DNA of 64,000 nucleotides from contig JAOQAD010000002.1 in the NCBI GenBank assembly GCA_025963775.1, forward strand, positions 25,974-89,973, written 5' to 3'. How positions within the stretch are numbered: the first letter of the stretch is position 1; every line of letters begins with the position of its first letter. The notes below the pieces were generated by a model. It searched no databases and was not told the origin of the DNA. It saw nothing but the letters and a program-made list of their open reading frames with translations. The position numbers and the translations under genes were made by a program. This document shows, piece by piece, positions 47,797 to 57,535 of this stretch. Origin of the DNA: Bacteroidota bacterium (GTDB lineage: Bacteria; Bacteroidota; Bacteroidia; 2-12-FULL-35-15).

Positions 47797-48759
47797 ATGA
47801 AAAAGTTAGTTAGTTCGGGGATCGTATTTTTAACTGTGGTGTGCAGCGCTTTCGCGCAAAGCTCCGCGAAATATACAGAGCTGGCCCGAGAGGCCAAAAG
47901 CCTTTTCGAAAGCAAACAATACAGGCGCTCCGCAGAAACATACACCAAAGCCTTCCGCGCAAACGGCTGGAAAGCATACCGTGCCGACCGCTACAATGCG
48001 GCCTGCGCATGGACACTCGCGGGAAACAGGGATTCGGCATTCTACCAGTTGTTCAGGGTGGCGGATGCCTTTAAGTATGATAATTACGACCGCATTTCCA
48101 CCGATTCGGTGCTCACTTCGCTCAACAAGGATGCGCGCTGGGGACAGCTGCTGAACATTGTGAAGCAGAACATCGGCATGGAAGAGGCAAAGCTGAACAA
48201 GGCGCTGCTGAAGCTGATGGACAGCGTTTACCACGATGACCAGGCCTACCGTTTCCAGCAGATCAGCGTGTATAAGGAATTTGGGTATTCATCACCGGAA
48301 GGAAAAAACATCAGGAAAACCATTCATGAAAAAGATTCACTGAACGAGATCATCGTCAGCGGACTGCTTGATAAGTACGGCTGGATCGGGAAAGAAGTAG
48401 TGGGTACCAATGGCAATGCAACACTCGGTTTGGTGCTGCAGCATTCTTCGCTTGCCACGCAGCTGAAATACCTGCCCATGATGCGGGAAGCGGTGAAGAC
48501 AAAAAAAGCGGATCCGTATGACCTTGCCATGCTGGAAGACCTCGTATTGGCCAGGCAGGGGAAAAAGCAATTGTATGGAAGCTCTATTGTAAGCGTGGAA
48601 GGAAAGAAATATTATGTTTCCCCGATGGAAGATCCGGCGAATGTTGACAAGCGAAGGGCTGAGCTGGGATTGGGCACGCTGGATGAATACCTCCGGAACT
48701 GGGGCATCCGCTGGGACATTAAAAAGTATGAAGAAGACCTGAAGCTTTACGAAAAGTAA
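47797..48759 (+). CDS. Secreted TPR plus DUF6624-like protein
   Basis: YNAAC, DQ.YR, YGW.G...VG, LVLQHS, Q.YG, VDKRRAELGL. Confidence 0.8.
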   Translation: MKKLVSSGIVFLTVVCSAFAQSSAKYTELAREAKSLFESKQYRRSAETYTKAFRANGWKAYRADRYNAACAWTLAGNRDSAFYQLFRVADAFKYDNYDRISTDSVLTSLNKDARWGQLLNIVKQNIGMEEAKLNKALLKLMDSVYHDDQAYRFQQISVYKEFGYSSPEGKNIRKTIHEKDSLNEIIVSGLLDKYGWIGKEVVGTNGNATLGLVLQHSSLATQLKYLPMMREAVKTKKADPYDLAMLEDLVLARQGKKQLYGSSIVSVEGKKYYVSPMEDPANVDKRRAELGLGTLDEYLRNWGIRWDIKKYEEDLKLYEK

Positions 48760-48789
48760 TCCATTATTAATTCTTTAAAACAGCAGCAC

Positions 48790-49542
48790 ATGAGAAGAAA
48801 GATCGTTGCAGGCAACTGGAAAATGAACAAGGACCTTCAACAGGGCATGAACCTGGTAGAGGAAGTGCTTTCACTTTCATCCCCGGAAGATGTGCTGAAG
48901 ATCTTTGCAGCACCTTTTATTCACATCACTTCAGCGATTGAAAAAGTAAAAGGCAAAAACGATTATGCCGTTGCAGCGCAAAACTGCCATCACCTCGAAT
49001 GCGGCGCTTACACAGGCGAAGTATCAGCAGAAATGATCAGCTCGGCAGGTGCAGGATATGTGATCATCGGGCATTCCGAAAGAAGGAATTATTTCAATGA
49101 AACAACATCCGTCCTCACACAAAAAGTAAACATCGCGCTTGCCAATAATTTAATCCCGATTTTTTGCGTGGGTGAAAACCTCGAGCACCGCAATGCCAAC
49201 CAGCATCTCGAGATCGTAAGGCAGCAATTGAAAGAAGCGCTGTATCATTTATCAGCAGCCGATTTCAGCAGGCTCATTATCGCCTACGAACCTGTATGGG
49301 CAATCGGTACCGGCGTAACTGCCACCAGCCACCAGGCGCAGGGCATGCATAATTTTATCCGTTCCGAGATCAATAAAAAATACGGAAAGGAAATTTCCGA
49401 AAACACTTCTGTTTTATATGGTGGCAGCTGCAATGCTGAAAATGCAAAGGAATTGTTCTCCTGCCTGGATGTGGATGGCGGACTTGTTGGAGGAGCATCA
49501 CTCAAGGCTGCAGACTTTGTAGCGATCGCTAACTCATTTTAA
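48790..49542 (+). CDS. tpiA: Triosephosphate isomerase
   Basis: GNWKMN, GHSERR, AYEPVWAIGTG, YGGS, LVGGASL. Confidence 0.98.
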   Translation: MRRKIVAGNWKMNKDLQQGMNLVEEVLSLSSPEDVLKIFAAPFIHITSAIEKVKGKNDYAVAAQNCHHLECGAYTGEVSAEMISSAGAGYVIIGHSERRNYFNETTSVLTQKVNIALANNLIPIFCVGENLEHRNANQHLEIVRQQLKEALYHLSAADFSRLIIAYEPVWAIGTGVTATSHQAQGMHNFIRSEINKKYGKEISENTSVLYGGSCNAENAKELFSCLDVDGGLVGGASLKAADFVAIANSF

Positions 49543-49582
49543 AAATACGGATCGCTGATTAGTTCGAATTTATGAATAGGAG

Positions 49583-49901
49583 TGTCATTGCGAGGAGACA
49601 CGCCGAATCAATCTCATTCAACGAATAACGAATCATTACGAATGTATACGAATTACGAATTGGTGTACGGTTGCGCGTTGTCAGGCGGAGGGTTAAAACG
49701 TCGAAGAGTGTGCGCAAGCCGGCCCAGATGGTTCGACAGGCTCAACATGACAACGCGCAAAATATTGCTTCGGCTGAGTCAGTTCGAGCGAAGCCGAGAA
49801 CGCGGGTTGACTACATAATACGTTTAAGCTTACACACGTTCTCGACTTCGCTCGAACTGACATCACACAGATTCGTAAATTAGTATACGTTCGTATTTGT
49901 A
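49583..49901. repeat. Nested mosaic of palindromic repeats
   Basis: GTCA unit at 49583-49615; ACGAAT arms at 49621-49660 and 49871-49901 (inverted); doublets at 49671-49760 and 49778-49861. Confidence 0.85.
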
Positions 49902-49940
49902 CCATCTGAAATCACCAATCTAATACACTGATCAACAAAA

Positions 49941-50777
49941 ATGAACTACATAGAACTCACCGTAACAGTAGAACCTAAAGAACAGGGCAGCGATGTGCTC
50001 ATTGCGCAGCTTTCCGAGCTCGATTACGAAAGCTTCGTGGAGAATGAAAAGGGTTTCTGCGCTTACATACAGGAGCAGCATTACGATGAAAGCAGGCTGA
50101 ACCTGGCTTTGTCGCTGTACGCCGACTTCTTCAAAATAAGCCATACCTCGAAAACAATCCCGCAACAAAACTGGAACAAAGAGTGGGAGAGCAGCTTTCA
50201 GCCGATAGAGGTGGATGGCAAATGCTATATCCGCGCACCATTTCATCCTGCAAAGGAAGGCTTCATTTACGATGTGATCATTGAGCCGAAAATGTCGTTT
50301 GGCACCGGGCATCACCACACCACCCAGCTGATGATCCGGAAATTAATGTTATTAAATGTTAAAAACAGCTCGCTGCTCGACATGGGCTGCGGTACCGGCG
50401 TACTCGCGATCGTCGCCTCCATGATGGGCGCCGGCCCCATAATGGCGGTAGATATCGACGAATGGAGCTATGAGAACACCATTGAGAATTTGGAGAAAAA
50501 TAATATCAACAAGGTGCTTGTTCATAAAGGCAACGCGGAAATTTTGCAGAAAAAAATATTTCATACTATATTAGCGAATATCAATAAAAATGTACTGCTG
50601 GCCGATCTGCCCGTGTATGTTCAATCGCTCGAAAAAGGAGGAAACCTGATTTTAAGCGGCTTTTTTGAGACTGACATCACAGAACTAAGTCTTAAAGCAA
50701 CTGAACTTGGATTAAAATTTGAAGACAAGGCTGTTAGCGAGCAATGGACCATGCTGCATTTTATCAAACCCGCTTAA
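49941..50777 (+). CDS. prmA: Ribosomal protein L11 methyltransferase
   Basis: P.MSFGTGHH.TT, LDMGCGTG, LANIN, LSG. Confidence 0.95.
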   Translation: MNYIELTVTVEPKEQGSDVLIAQLSELDYESFVENEKGFCAYIQEQHYDESRLNLALSLYADFFKISHTSKTIPQQNWNKEWESSFQPIEVDGKCYIRAPFHPAKEGFIYDVIIEPKMSFGTGHHHTTQLMIRKLMLLNVKNSSLLDMGCGTGVLAIVASMMGAGPIMAVDIDEWSYENTIENLEKNNINKVLVHKGNAEILQKKIFHTILANINKNVLLADLPVYVQSLEKGGNLILSGFFETDITELSLKATELGLKFEDKAVSEQWTMLHFIKPA

Positions 50778-50784
50778 TATCACT

Positions 50785-53700
50785 ATGAAAAAAATAACAT
50801 TTCTTTTTTTACTTTTTGTAAGCCTTTTATCCTCGCAAAAAGCAGCAGCCCAATTAAACCCGATCAAACAATTCTCCGAAGACCCCATCAAGTTCCTCGA
50901 TGAGGTAAAAACCATGTTCGAGGCCACCAACATGGACAAGAAGGAGGTCAAGGAATACATGGAAGCTTTCACGCTCACCTGGAACAGCCCTGAGTACACC
51001 GGCAACCTGAAAAAAGCCACCTACGACTGCTTTAACCTCATGGTGAAAAGGAAGATCCGCATCCTTCCAGAATACAAAAGTTACCTGAATTCGGTGATGA
51101 ACTTCGCCATCTCCAAACAAAGTGAAGATCACTTCCTCAGCTGGCAGGAATGTGTGAACAAGATCCTGAATGCAAAGATCCTGAAGAATTATTCCGATTA
51201 CCTGCAGATGAGCGAAAACCTCTTTGCTTCCAACACCTTCTACAAATCGGCAGTAGTGGAATATTCCTCCTCCAACAACAAATACATTTTCGAGTACGAC
51301 AGCGTTCCGAAAGTGATTTTTCCAAGCCTGAACCTGCGCTGCTACAACAACCAGCACGACAGCGGCATTGTGTACAACACGCGAGGCATATATTATCCGT
51401 ACAAGGGAGTTTTCATCGGTGAAACCGGAAAAGTGAACTGGAAGCGTGCCGGCCTGGATGAGAATACGGTTTGGGCAGAATTAAAAAAATACCAGGTGAC
51501 CTTAAAGACCAGCGGGTTTACAGCAGATTCCGTAACCTTTTACAATAAAAATTATTTTCAAAAGCCTTTGGTCGGACAGCTTACAGAAAAGGTTGTTTCC
51601 GAAAGGGAAGGCAACATTTCTTACCCGCGCTTTGATTCCTACAGCAAGCGGATGCAGATCCCGAACATTGCCAAGGATGTGGATTACGATGGCGGATTTC
51701 TCCAGCGGGGCCCGAAATTCCTCGGTTCCGGCAGCAAGGAGGAAGATGCAAAGCTGATCTTTAAGAGAGAAGGCAAAGTGGTGCTCATCGTTGGTGCGAA
51801 GCTGATCGGTGTGGCGAAGGAAAAGCTGACTGCAGAAACAGCCAACATTAAAATTTATTTTGACAAGGATTCCATCACGCATCCCAGCGTGAACATGAAA
51901 TTTATGGTGGATGAACGTACATTGTCGCTGATCCGCACCAACGACGGGGTTTCCAAATCTCCTTTCCTCAATACATTCCACATGGTAGATATGTATTTTG
52001 AAGAGCTTGCCTGGAAGATCGATGATCCGAAGATCGACCTGCGGATGCTTGTCGGGAACTCGCAGGAAGATGCGATGTTCGAGTCGGCAAACTATTTCCG
52101 TGGCGACAGGTATGAAGCCGTGCAGGGCATTGATGCGATCAACCCCTTGTTCCAGATGCGCGAATTTGTAGTGAAAAAGAATGGAGACAACCGCAGGTTC
52201 TACGGTGCTGAGTATGCAAAGTATGTGAAGTTTCCGCTGAAGGATATGCAGCCGGTGCTGGTGCGTCTTTCGGCACTGGGCTTCATTACTTACGATATCG
52301 AGGATGATGAAGTGAACGTGAATGAAAAATTGTTCACTTACATTTCTGCGAAAGCAGGGCATGTGGACAATGACGTGATCCAGTTCCCTTCCGTAGTGAG
52401 GAATGCAAGTAATGCAAGCATTAACCTGCTGAATTACGACATGACCATTTTCGGTGTGAAGCAGGTGTACATGAGCGATTCACAAAGCGTGGTGATCTAT
52501 CCGAAAGAACAGAAGATCATACTGAAAAAAAACAGGGATTTCTCCTTTGCAGGTGTGGTGCATGCAGGCCGTTTCGATTTCTTCGGAAAGGAATTCTCAT
52601 TCGATTACAACAAATTTATCATCAACCTGAAGAATGTGGATTCACTCAGGCTGACCGTAAAATCGCGTGAGCCGGATGCTTACGGCGAATACCCGCTTGT
52701 GAAGGTGAAGACGGTGGTGGAGCACATCGACGGTGACCTTGAGATCGATAATCCCGCGAACAAGTCGGGCCGGAAGCCATTCCCGCAGTACCCGATCTTC
52801 AACAGCTTCAAGGATTCCTATGCCTATTATGATAAGAAGACCATCCAGAACGGGAAATACCCGAAGGACAAATTTTATTTCCACCTCGAGCCTTTCACGA
52901 TCGACAGTTTGGACAACTTTACCAATGAAGGACTGAACTTCAAGGGAGAGTTCGTGTCGGCCGGGATCTTTCCGACCATCAAAGAATCACTGACCCTCCA
53001 GAACGATTATTCGCTTGGCTTTATCACCCAAGCACCTGCAGCCGGCTATCCGCTGTACGGAGGGAAGGGAAGCTTTAACAGCGCGGTGAAGCTGAGCAAC
53101 CAGGGATTGCGGGGTGATGGTTCCATCAATTATGTAACATCGGTCACGAAGTCAAAGGACTTTATATTCTATCCTGATTCCACAAATGCTATTGCCCAGA
53201 CGTTTGATGTGAAAGAGCAGACGATCAAGCCGGAGTTTCCTCAGATCCATGGCGACAGCGTGAAAATGCACTGGATGCCACAAAAGGATGTTATGACAGT
53301 GTTCAACAGCAAGGTGAAAAAATTTCAGGCTTTTAACGGGCAATCAGAGTTCAGCGGACATCTTTCACTGACGCCAAAACAATTGTTAGGTAGTGGTGTG
53401 GCCGATTTTAGCGGTGCTAAATTAGATGCCAAGCTGGCCAAATTCACTGCCACCATATTGCAATCTGATAGCGCCAGCTTCACCCTAAAAGCCATGGATG
53501 CTGCTGGTGTAGCGCTCGCGACGAACAATGTAAACGCAAAAATTGATTTTGCAAAGCGGTTCGGTGAGTTTAAATCGAATGGCAAAACGTCGCCTGTATT
53601 ATTCCCGGTAAATCAGTACTTGTGCTACATGGATAATTTTAAGTGGTTCATGGACGAGAACAGCATCGAGCTCGGCGCCAGTAAGCAGGCCTCCCAGAAG

Positions 53701-55266
53701 GCTGCGAACGAGGATGTCGACCTGACAGGGCCACAATGGATCTCTACTCACCCGAAGCAGGATTCACTGGCCTTTTATTCTCCGGCTGCAAAGGTGGACC
53801 TGAAAAAGAATATTATTTCTGCAAAAGAGGTCAAATATATTAACGTGGCGGATGCCCGTATCTATCCTGACAAAGGTGACGTGATCATCGACAAGGATGC
53901 TGTGATCCATACACTTCTCAATGCAAAGATCATCGCGAATGCCGTTACCAAGTATCACAGCCTTTACAATTGTACCGTGAATGTATTTGCAAGGAAAAGT
54001 TACGCAGGCTCCGGCTATTATGATTACATAGATGAGATCAAGACCAAGCAAACCTTCTATTTCAGCAACGTAAGCATTGATACCACGTTCCAGACCTATG
54101 CAGAAACAAACATCCCGGATTCAAGCAAATTCCGTCTGAGCCCTAATTTTGAATACAAGGGAAAAGTGAAACTGAAAGCAAGCAACCAGTTCCTTGTATT
54201 TGACGGAACAGCCCGTATTTCCCACGATTGCGCAGGTATTCCGAAAGTATGGTTCAGGTTTGAATCGGAGATCAACCCGAACAATATTTACATCCCGGTC
54301 GACAGCCTTCCGAAAGACGGGGCAGGCAAGCCACTCGCTGCTTCACTGATGGTGACCACGGATTCAACGCATTTCTATTCGGCCTTTCTTTCACCGAAGG
54401 AATCAACCAACGACCCTTATGTATTGCCGGCAACAGGCTTCCTGTTCTTCGACAAGGCAACACGCGAATACCGCATCTCTAACAAGGAGAAACTGGTGGA
54501 GCGCTCCTTACCGGGAAATTACCTGAGCTTAAACACTGCGCAGTGCAAAGTGTATGGTGAAGGTAAGATCGACCTGGGCGGTGATTTCGGACAGGTGAAG
54601 GTGCAATCGTACGGAAGTGCCATTCATTACCTTATCCCGGATTCCGTTTCATTCGACATGCTGATGACCACCGATTTCTTCTTCGATGACGGAGCGCTGG
54701 ATAAAATGTCGGATGCGATCGTGAACTTCGCAGACCTGAAACCGACCGACTTTTCACGTCCCGTATTTGAAAAAGGAATGCGCGAGATGCTCGGCAAGGA
54801 GCAGGCGGATAAGCTTATCTCCCAGCTGAACTTATACGGCTCTTACAAAAAATTCCCGGATGAGCTGAAAAAGACGATCTTCTTCACCGACCTGAAAATG
54901 AAGTGGAACAAGGATACACGTTCGTACACTTCTAATGGTAAGATCGGGATCGGCAACATGGGCAAAACGCAGATCAACAAATATGTGGACGGCAGGGTAG
55001 AACTGGTGAAAAAACGCGGCGGCGACATCCTCAATATTTACATCCAGCTGGATGATAACAACTGGTATTACTTCAATTATACCAGGGGAACCATGCTGGC
55101 CGTTTCATCGAACGAGGCATTCAATACTGCACTGAAGGAGCTGAAGCAGGAAAAACGTGAAAAGGCCGGCGACAAGGATAAAAAAGAACCGAATTATTAT
55201 TTCAACATTTGTCCTCCGAGCAAAAAAGTGCAGTTCTTACGTAAAACGCAAAGTGCAGAAGAATAG
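50785..55266 (+). CDS. Very large (1493 aa) secreted beta-rich hypothetical protein
   Basis: Signal peptide MKKITFLFLLFVSLLSSQKAAAQ from ATG 50785; long open frame; no family recognised. Confidence 0.85.
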   Translation: MKKITFLFLLFVSLLSSQKAAAQLNPIKQFSEDPIKFLDEVKTMFEATNMDKKEVKEYMEAFTLTWNSPEYTGNLKKATYDCFNLMVKRKIRILPEYKSYLNSVMNFAISKQSEDHFLSWQECVNKILNAKILKNYSDYLQMSENLFASNTFYKSAVVEYSSSNNKYIFEYDSVPKVIFPSLNLRCYNNQHDSGIVYNTRGIYYPYKGVFIGETGKVNWKRAGLDENTVWAELKKYQVTLKTSGFTADSVTFYNKNYFQKPLVGQLTEKVVSEREGNISYPRFDSYSKRMQIPNIAKDVDYDGGFLQRGPKFLGSGSKEEDAKLIFKREGKVVLIVGAKLIGVAKEKLTAETANIKIYFDKDSITHPSVNMKFMVDERTLSLIRTNDGVSKSPFLNTFHMVDMYFEELAWKIDDPKIDLRMLVGNSQEDAMFESANYFRGDRYEAVQGIDAINPLFQMREFVVKKNGDNRRFYGAEYAKYVKFPLKDMQPVLVRLSALGFITYDIEDDEVNVNEKLFTYISAKAGHVDNDVIQFPSVVRNASNASINLLNYDMTIFGVKQVYMSDSQSVVIYPKEQKIILKKNRDFSFAGVVHAGRFDFFGKEFSFDYNKFIINLKNVDSLRLTVKSREPDAYGEYPLVKVKTVVEHIDGDLEIDNPANKSGRKPFPQYPIFNSFKDSYAYYDKKTIQNGKYPKDKFYFHLEPFTIDSLDNFTNEGLNFKGEFVSAGIFPTIKESLTLQNDYSLGFITQAPAAGYPLYGGKGSFNSAVKLSNQGLRGDGSINYVTSVTKSKDFIFYPDSTNAIAQTFDVKEQTIKPEFPQIHGDSVKMHWMPQKDVMTVFNSKVKKFQAFNGQSEFSGHLSLTPKQLLGSGVADFSGAKLDAKLAKFTATILQSDSASFTLKAMDAAGVALATNNVNAKIDFAKRFGEFKSNGKTSPVLFPVNQYLCYMDNFKWFMDENSIELGASKQASQKAANEDVDLTGPQWISTHPKQDSLAFYSPAAKVDLKKNIISAKEVKYINVADARIYPDKGDVIIDKDAVIHTLLNAKIIANAVTKYHSLYNCTVNVFARKSYAGSGYYDYIDEIKTKQTFYFSNVSIDTTFQTYAETNIPDSSKFRLSPNFEYKGKVKLKASNQFLVFDGTARISHDCAGIPKVWFRFESEINPNNIYIPVDSLPKDGAGKPLAASLMVTTDSTHFYSAFLSPKESTNDPYVLPATGFLFFDKATREYRISNKEKLVERSLPGNYLSLNTAQCKVYGEGKIDLGGDFGQVKVQSYGSAIHYLIPDSVSFDMLMTTDFFFDDGALDKMSDAIVNFADLKPTDFSRPVFEKGMREMLGKEQADKLISQLNLYGSYKKFPDELKKTIFFTDLKMKWNKDTRSYTSNGKIGIGNMGKTQINKYVDGRVELVKKRGGDILNIYIQLDDNNWYYFNYTRGTMLAVSSNEAFNTALKELKQEKREKAGDKDKKEPNYYFNICPPSKKVQFLRKTQSAEE

Positions 55267-55269
55267 AAA

Positions 55270-55929
55270 TTGATAACGACATTACATATAATGCTGTTGC
55301 TTGGGGCCTATTTACTGGGCTCCATTCCAACCGCCGTCTGGATAGGGAAATATTTCTATAAGATAGATGTCCGCGAGTATGGCAGCGGAAACGCCGGCGC
55401 CACCAACACCTTTCGCGTGCTTGGCAAAAGGGCCGGTATTCCCGTATTGCTGATCGATGTGCTGAAAGGCTTTGCAGCTGTGAACCTTGCTTATTTAAGC
55501 AATTACACGCCGCACAGCAATCAGTTCACCAACCTGCAGCTGGTATTGGGCATCGCATCGCTCATCGGCCACATCTTCCCGATCTTCGCTTCCTTCAGGG
55601 GCGGGAAGGGGATCGCGACCCTGCTCGGGATCGTCCTCGCGGTGCACCTGTTCGGGGCACTGAGCGCCATGTGCATTTTTATTATTGTGCTGCTGGTATC
55701 CAGTTATGTTTCCCTCAGCTCCATGGTTGCAGCGGTGATGTTCCCTGTGATCGTGATCCTCGTGTTCAAGGAAAGAGTGCCTTCCCTTGTGATCTTCTCC
55801 ATCCTCATCGCCATCATGGTGCTCATTACGCATCAGAAGAACATTGAACGGCTTCTGCGAAGGGAAGAGTCGAAAGCGAAGATCATCAAAAAAAAGAAAA
55901 AGGTGGAAAAACCTGCGCAGACAGAATAA
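55270..55929 (+). CDS. plsY: Glycerol-3-phosphate acyltransferase PlsY
   Basis: YLLGSIP, GSGNAGATN, D.LKG, GH.FP...F.GGKG, H..NI.RL. Confidence 0.97.
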   Translation: MITTLHIMLLLGAYLLGSIPTAVWIGKYFYKIDVREYGSGNAGATNTFRVLGKRAGIPVLLIDVLKGFAAVNLAYLSNYTPHSNQFTNLQLVLGIASLIGHIFPIFASFRGGKGIATLLGIVLAVHLFGALSAMCIFIIVLLVSSYVSLSSMVAAVMFPVIVILVFKERVPSLVIFSILIAIMVLITHQKNIERLLRREESKAKIIKKKKKVEKPAQTE

Positions 55930-56003
55930 ACCGGCTATCCGGCCGTTCAAAGCAAATGCCTTTAACTTAATTTGGGAATTCAGCCCTGTCATAAATCTTA
56001 TTT

Positions 56004-56783
56004 TTGTCCATGCATTATCGTACTAAAAGCTTTTTTTGTTTTTCCCGGTTTACCCGGATAGCTTTGATTGCGTTCATTTTGCTTAGCTCTTCTGTTTTAC
56101 GTTCTCAAACTCCAGTCACCATTTCGGGGCAGGCTTTCGATAAGGACAATGCTTTTCTTCCGCTGATCAGGATGATGGTGATCAACAAGCGCACGAACCA
56201 GGGCGTGTTTGCCGGCACGGATGGAAAATTTTCCATCAACGTCTATCAAACAGACACACTGCTTTTTTCTGTGATCGGTTACAACACTAAAAAGGTTTGC
56301 CTGAAGGATTCTGTGATGAAAAAGCAATACTACATTGAAGTGGAAATGCAGAAGCTGCAATATACACTGAAGGAAATAAGCGTGTTCGGGACGAGGAGCC
56401 TGGGCGATATCGACAAGGACATCGCGAAGCTGGATTCTACAAGAAGGTCAAGATATTACCAGGACATCAACGGGTTTGAAAGTCCGATCACATACCTGTA
56501 CGAGCGTTTCAGCAAATTCGGAAGATCAAAGCAAAAAGTGGCGGAGTGGGAGAACGAGGATCTGAAACGGGATATTCTTAAAGATCTGTTCAGGCTCTAT
56601 GTGAAGAACGAGATCATCGACCTGAGCGAGGAAGAGTTTGATGCATTCATTGTGTATTGCAACCTGAGCGAGGAGTTCATTAAAACGGCATCGCAGTTTG
56701 AGCTTGTGATGGCGATCAAAGGGAAATATGAGGCATTTTCGGCAGGAAAAGATTATTATACGCCACACGAAAAGAGGTGGTAA
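56004..56783 (+). CDS. Secreted protein with carboxypeptidase-regulatory-like domain
   Basis: ISG...DG.FSI...DTL.FS.IGY...L.EI.V; start codon uncertain. Confidence 0.75.
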   Translation: MSMHYRTKSFFCFSRFTRIALIAFILLSSSVLRSQTPVTISGQAFDKDNAFLPLIRMMVINKRTNQGVFAGTDGKFSINVYQTDTLLFSVIGYNTKKVCLKDSVMKKQYYIEVEMQKLQYTLKEISVFGTRSLGDIDKDIAKLDSTRRSRYYQDINGFESPITYLYERFSKFGRSKQKVAEWENEDLKRDILKDLFRLYVKNEIIDLSEEEFDAFIVYCNLSEEFIKTASQFELVMAIKGKYEAFSAGKDYYTPHEKRW

Positions 56784-56790
56784 TTTCGAT

Positions 56791-56895
56791 TCACCAGCCC
56801 CGGCCCCTTGGGAGCATTTGAGCAGAATGTTAAAATCAGTAGTTCTATTAAGATTTTTGCAGGATCAGCTCCCTCCTTCCAGGAGGGTTGGGTGG
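56791..56895. repeat. Degenerate CCCT/AGGG-type doublet
   Basis: CTCCCTCCTTCCAGGAGGGTTGGGTGG at 56869-56895, with a weak inverted partner near 56791-56815. Confidence 0.45.
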
Positions 56896-56918
56896 TAAAG
56901 AATCAAAGTTGTTCCAAC

Positions 56919-56953
56919 AAAAAAATCCCGGGTCACCCTGGGATTTTCTTTTT
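56919..56953. terminator. Bidirectional terminator
   Basis: AAAAAAATCCCGGG-TCA-CCTGGGATTTTCTTTTT between convergent genes. Confidence 0.75.
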
Positions 56954-56956
56954 CCT

Positions 56957-57388
56957 TTATCCTCTTCCTCCGACTACAACACCATATTTTACTTTCAGCT
57001 TATCATCGTATTCATCGGCATACCAGCCAACGCGGTTGATGGTGGCGGCAGCTTCTTTCTGTTCCAGTCCATCCACTTCGCGGATGAGCTTCACATACAC
57101 CCAGTCCTTGAATTTCACAAAAGCCACACCGTACAGCGTGTAGTTGAGCTCCATCAGCTCCTGGTAAAAAGCTTCCGTGTTTGTTGCAGGCACCTGCATT
57201 ACCGGCGCCAGCACCTGGAAATACGCACGGCCTTCGCTTTCAATATTCCATACATCGATCCAAACGGATGCCGATCCTTTTTTCAGGCTCCATTGCCCGG
57301 CTTGTTCCCCGCGGCAGATGGCGGGATCAACACCAAGGTCCCTGATACAGTTCTCCACCATATCAAAATAATACTGTAAATTTTCCAT
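56957..57388 (-). CDS. YbjN / T3SS-chaperone-like protein
   Basis: W.LKKGSA.V, L.ELN..LYGVAF, ADEYDD.L; start moved to MENLQY. Confidence 0.8.
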   Translation of the reverse strand: MENLQYYFDMVENCIRDLGVDPAICRGEQAGQWSLKKGSASVWIDVWNIESEGRAYFQVLAPVMQVPATNTEAFYQELMELNYTLYGVAFVKFKDWVYVKLIREVDGLEQKEAAATINRVGWYADEYDDKLKVKYGVVVGGRG

Positions 57389-57535
57389 GATACATGTTTT
57401 AAGGGTTATGACTAAAATCGTTCTAACAAATATAAAATAATTTTCCTCTTTTCCCACTTATACTCCGAAACCTTAGATTGCCGGAATTTTTGAAAACGAC
57501 ATTTGCGTTCATCTTTTATTTTAGCGCGATTTTTT

